DNA from: Candidatus Ratteibacteria bacterium
Lineage (GTDB): Bacteria; Ratteibacteria; UBA8468; B48-G9; DTJG01
Length of the DNA: 18,711 nucleotides
Assembly: GCA_049971295.1 (NCBI GenBank)
Contig: JBMFLH010000035.1
Coordinates: 1 to 18,711, forward strand
Reading direction: 5' to 3'
Part shown: in pieces, positions 15,490-18,711 of the stretch
Numbering within the stretch: the stretch's first letter is position 1
How the letters are laid out: each line of letters begins with the position of its first letter
Made by a program: the position numbers and the translations under genes
Notes under the pieces: generated by a model
Seen by the model: the letters and a program-made list of their open reading frames with translations, nothing else
What the model was told of the DNA's origin: nothing
The model's database searches: none

Positions 15490-16560
15490 TCAGAGTATTT
15501 CCTTGTATATTCTTACAGTTTTTTCTACCATTTGTTCAATGGAAAAATGATTCATAACAAATTCCCTGGCGTTGGTTATCATGCGATTTAGTTCCTCCGG
15601 ATTTTTAATAACGAATTCAATCGCTTTTGCCATTGCCTCGATGTCGCGCGGCGCTGTGAGAAGTTCTGTCTCAGTTTTGACAAATGTGCCTTTTTCTATG
15701 CCATGCAGAGTAGTCAAAACCGGCACTCCAGCGATTTGCGCTTCATAAACAATTCTGCCCAGCCATTGAACATGGCCTTTTTTAAATGTTTCAGTTTCTA
15801 TATGGGGTGCTACAAGAAGATCAATTTCAGGCAAATAGTCAGACGCTCTGCCCTGCAAAAATAATATTGTGATGCCGAATTTTTCGCCAAGGTATTCAAG
15901 ATTTTTTTTATAGGGGCCGTCTCCTATGATGTGGATTTTTATAAATGGGACATTCTGTTTGACGATTGCAGCTGCGCGAATCAGATACTGAAATCCCTTT
16001 AATTCTGTCAGTCTTCCAATGCCACCTATGATAAAGTTAGAGTGTTTTTTTCGGGGAAGATTTATATATGGTTCAAATTTTATTCCATTATGTACAATCC
16101 GAACACAATCCGGGTGTGCTCCCAGTTTCTTAATCGCAAATTCACTAAGGGATTCGCTTATCACGATCACTCTTTCACCCTTGCCCATGATTTTACTATA
16201 AAAAGAACAACCATAAAATCCGTGGATGCTTGTAACAAATTTGGTTTTTGGATTTTTTCTTGTAGCATAATAACCAATCCATGCAGGAAATCTGCTTCTG
16301 CAGTGGAGAATATCTGGTTTTTCATCTGCAATAAGTTTTTGCAAAATTTTCAGGGATTTCAGGAAAACAACCGGTGTTTTTCTATTCGTTGGCAGGTTGA
16401 ACCATTTAATATTTTCTTTTTCCATCAAAGGGACATAACTACCGAGTCCTGAAATTACAGTGACCTCAATACCCATTTTCTTCATGCCGCATGCAAGGTC
16501 AAAGGTTCCTTCTTCTACACCACCAAGATTCATTTCAGGAACCATAAGAAAGACTTTCAT
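15490..16560 (-). CDS. Glycosyltransferase family 4 (GT-B)
   Basis: PEMNLGGVE, LHCRSR.PAW, T.IHG.Y, VI.IS, HNGI, IGRLTELKG, GR...EA..AGVPV. Start placed at ATG 16560 (MKVFLMV), just after the upstream stop. Confidence 0.9.
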   Translation of the reverse strand: MKVFLMVPEMNLGGVEEGTFDLACGMKKMGIEVTVISGLGSYVPLMEKENIKWFNLPTNRKTPVVFLKSLKILQKLIADEKPDILHCRSRFPAWIGYYATRKNPKTKFVTSIHGFYGCSFYSKIMGKGERVIVISESLSEFAIKKLGAHPDCVRIVHNGIKFEPYINLPRKKHSNFIIGGIGRLTELKGFQYLIRAAAIVKQNVPFIKIHIIGDGPYKKNLEYLGEKFGITILFLQGRASDYLPEIDLLVAPHIETETFKKGHVQWLGRIVYEAQIAGVPVLTTLHGIEKGTFVKTETELLTAPRDIEAMAKAIEFVIKNPEELNRMITNAREFVMNHFSIEQMVEKTVRIYKEIL

Positions 16561-16561
16561 G

Positions 16562-17575
16562 CTATTCAAATAGGTATAATTGTCTATTTTCATCAAGAAT
16601 AAGCCGGGCAGCTTCAATAACAGCGTCAGGGGTTATGCTTTTGATACACTGATAATTCTTATTACATCGATATTTTTTGTTGCATGGGAAGCATTCAATT
16701 TGACTGTGAATGTTAATGTATCGTGTTCCTATGGGACCAAATCTATATGGATTTCCAGCACCGAAAATGGCAACGACAGGCGTTTTTACAGCGCAGGCGA
16801 GATACAGAAAAGAGCCATTTCGAGTAATTGCAAGATTGGTTATGGATAGAATCGCCGCAATCTCACGAAGGTTTACTGTTTGTGACATATCAATAATATT
16901 CTGTCTATATTTTGTTGAATTGATAATTTTATAGACAGCAGGGGCATGATTATTTCCAAAAATAAGAATTTTTGCATTATAATCCTCAATGAGAGTTTCA
17001 CAGACCTTAATATAATTGGAAAGGTCCCACTTATCCAAAAGGTCTTTATCTTCCATATGAATTGCGACCAGTGTCGATGAATTACTGATATTTCTCGACC
17101 TTAAAAATTCTTTTACTTTTTCTCTGTCAGCGTCAGAAACAGGAAAAAATATTTCAACCTTTGCAGGTTTTCCAAATACTGGCTCAATCAATCGTAGAAA
17201 GTTGATGCTTTCATGCGTAAAAAACCTATCAGTGAATATTTTGATTTTCAAAAAATTCAGCTTTATTTTTGCTCGCAAAATATACGGAATTATGGACGGA
17301 CGAAACGATATGATGAACTTATACTTTTCTTTACTCAGTGTCCTGCAGGTTTTTATAAAACTCTGTTTTTTATGGACGATAATTCGGTCAAACCACCCAT
17401 ACTCTTTCAGGACTTTTTCTGACCTTGCTGTTGCGACAATATCGATTTTGGCATTACTATCCCATTCTCTTATCTGTTTGATGACCGGGGTTAATAGTAA
17501 ACAGCTTTCAACGTCTCTTCCGTCAATAATCAGGACCTTGCCTGATTCACCAGATTTATAATTTTTTTTGCGCAT
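16562..17575 (-). CDS. Glycosyltransferase family 9-like protein, divergent
   Basis: LLTP..K.I....P/S.AKID, KW...NY, LA.AVKTPVVAIFG..NP.RFGP, CFPC...C...C..SI; canonical GD and DSG..H motifs are altered. Confidence 0.82.
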   Translation of the reverse strand: MRKKNYKSGESGKVLIIDGRDVESCLLLTPVIKQIREWDSNAKIDIVATARSEKVLKEYGWFDRIIVHKKQSFIKTCRTLSKEKYKFIISFRPSIIPYILRAKIKLNFLKIKIFTDRFFTHESINFLRLIEPVFGKPAKVEIFFPVSDADREKVKEFLRSRNISNSSTLVAIHMEDKDLLDKWDLSNYIKVCETLIEDYNAKILIFGNNHAPAVYKIINSTKYRQNIIDMSQTVNLREIAAILSITNLAITRNGSFLYLACAVKTPVVAIFGAGNPYRFGPIGTRYINIHSQIECFPCNKKYRCNKNYQCIKSITPDAVIEAARLILDENRQLYLFE

Positions 17576-18603
17576 TGTCTTGAATCATTAAGAATTGGAA
17601 AAGTTCTCACATTGGAAATTTCCAACAAAATTTCTGGAATTTTTTCAAATTCATCAGCCGAGATGTACACACAATGTTTGTTCTTAACAAGTGTTTCTAT
17701 AGTTGTATCGAAGACGATCTTTTTTCTTTTCCTGCCAGTACCCAGAACAATGACAGGTTTACCAGTTGAACACACTTCAGACATCATCGTGATACTATCT
17801 TCAGTTACAAAAAGAATATCACAGGTTGCCAGAATTCCAAAATAGTGTGAATCCGAGCTTATTCCTGGAAACTCCCGATAGACGAAATTTTCACCGACCG
17901 TTTCTTCCTTAAGAAAATAAACAACATTTACAGGTGTCCTTCTTGAAGTTGTAAGGAAAAAAACAAAACCCTTTTCCGCCAGCATTTTCAACAGGGACAA
18001 AAGTTTATTTGCCCACACAATATCCATAACATAGTTCTGGTCATTTCCTCCTATGATAACTCCTATTTTACTTTTTTCAGGTATCTTTAGTTCATTCAAC
18101 ATTGTTGACTTTGCACATTCCAACAGTCTGGCATTTACTCTATTTGGTGCTCCAGTAGTGACAAAAATGTTTTTAAGTTTTGTAAGAAATGGATAACGAA
18201 CAATATCATGAATAGGAACAATCAAAAGATCGAATTGTTTTAGCGGCACTGTTTCGGGTGTCATGATACAGATTGATCTTGCACACAGTTTTCTGGCAAT
18301 AATAAGATTTACAGGCGCAAGAAAAGAACCCGCAGAGATTACGATATCAAATTTTTCCTTAGGTATTTTGGTTTTTGAGAAGATTCTGAAAAACATCTCA
18401 GCACATCTGTGGGTTCTGAATTTTAATAGCTCTCCAATAATTTTTGATGCAATTTTTGTGGAACCCTTTCTTCTTGGGAGTTTGTATGAAGGCCCTTTAA
18501 ATTTTACTGATAGAATGTGGAATTGGTAACCAGTGGCTTCGGCGACTCCAACAGATTGATTAGTATTTCCAGGAATACCGTCATCAAGTACAAGAATTTT
18601 CAT
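17530..18603 (-). CDS. ELM1/GtrOC1-family (DUF1022) putative glycosyltransferase
   Basis: DG.PG..NQS.G.AE, IS.G, FDLLIVP.HD, GAPN, IIGG, TTSRRTP, Y.G.LA..D...VTEDS.TM.SE..STGKPV. Confidence 0.88.
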   Translation of the reverse strand: MKILVLDDGIPGNTNQSVGVAEATGYQFHILSVKFKGPSYKLPRRKGSTKIASKIIGELLKFRTHRCAEMFFRIFSKTKIPKEKFDIVISAGSFLAPVNLIIARKLCARSICIMTPETVPLKQFDLLIVPIHDIVRYPFLTKLKNIFVTTGAPNRVNARLLECAKSTMLNELKIPEKSKIGVIIGGNDQNYVMDIVWANKLLSLLKMLAEKGFVFFLTTSRRTPVNVVYFLKEETVGENFVYREFPGISSDSHYFGILATCDILFVTEDSITMMSEVCSTGKPVIVLGTGRKRKKIVFDTTIETLVKNKHCVYISADEFEKIPEILLEISNVRTFPILNDSRQCAKKIINLVNQARS

Positions 18604-18609
18604 GGTATT

Positions 18610-18711
18610 TCAATTCATTCTTACAGAAATTTTTCTTTCAGCAAGAAATTTTTTTATTTGTTTGATTGTGAATGTTCTGAAGTGAAGTAAGGACGCAAGC
18701 AATACTGCTGA
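18610..18711 (-). CDS. hisF: Imidazole glycerol phosphate synthase cyclase subunit, 3' end (truncated by window edge)
   Basis: Manual translation SAVLLASLLHFRTFTIKQIKKFLAERKISVRMN*, matching the HisF C-terminus (A.LAAS.FH....I..K..L....I.VR). Not in the ORF track. Confidence 0.88.
   Translation of the reverse strand, partial: SAVLLASLLHFRTFTIKQIKKFLAERKISVRMN

Noticed and set aside
14015..18529. Plus-strand ORFs of 60-136 aa opposite the LPS genes
   Set aside because: Shadow ORFs without RBS or family features.
1..18711. CRISPR arrays, tRNA/rRNA, riboswitches, his attenuator, phase-variable tracts
   Set aside because: No spaced direct repeats or RNA-gene signatures seen by eye; intergenic gaps are short; hisG is mid-operon with no His-rich leader; A/T runs of 8-9 nt are expected at this AT content and the host genes are in frame.

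Overview
AT-rich bacterial chromosomal window, almost fully coding. Left half (minus strand): a housekeeping operon gatC-accA-hisG-[31-aa bS22/AURKAIP1-COX24-type ribosomal protein, missed by the ORF track]-TPR lipoprotein-dxs-nadK-2x[4Fe-4S] ferredoxin, behind a near-consensus sigma70 promoter. A few bases after the ferredoxin stop, what looks like an IS110-family (IS1111-type) element begins; only its left end and the first 15 transposase codons are inside the window, and a hairpin there covers the start codon and part of the RBS. Right half: an LPS/surface-glycan cluster (three GT9, four GT4, an ELM1-family protein, a stand-alone GlmU-type nucleotidyltransferase, a SAM methyltransferase, a DUF2334-type deacetylase) downstream of the 3' end of hisF. 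The ORF-free gap at 13138-13725 holds a truncated Gfo/Idh/MocA dehydrogenase pseudogene abutting a frameshifted, internally deleted IS1595-family transposase. All family calls are from motif recognition by eye; no searches were run. No RNA genes, CRISPR arrays or clearly new multi-gene system were seen; the best lead is the IS110/IS1111 element, whose guide-RNA region should lie just outside the window.
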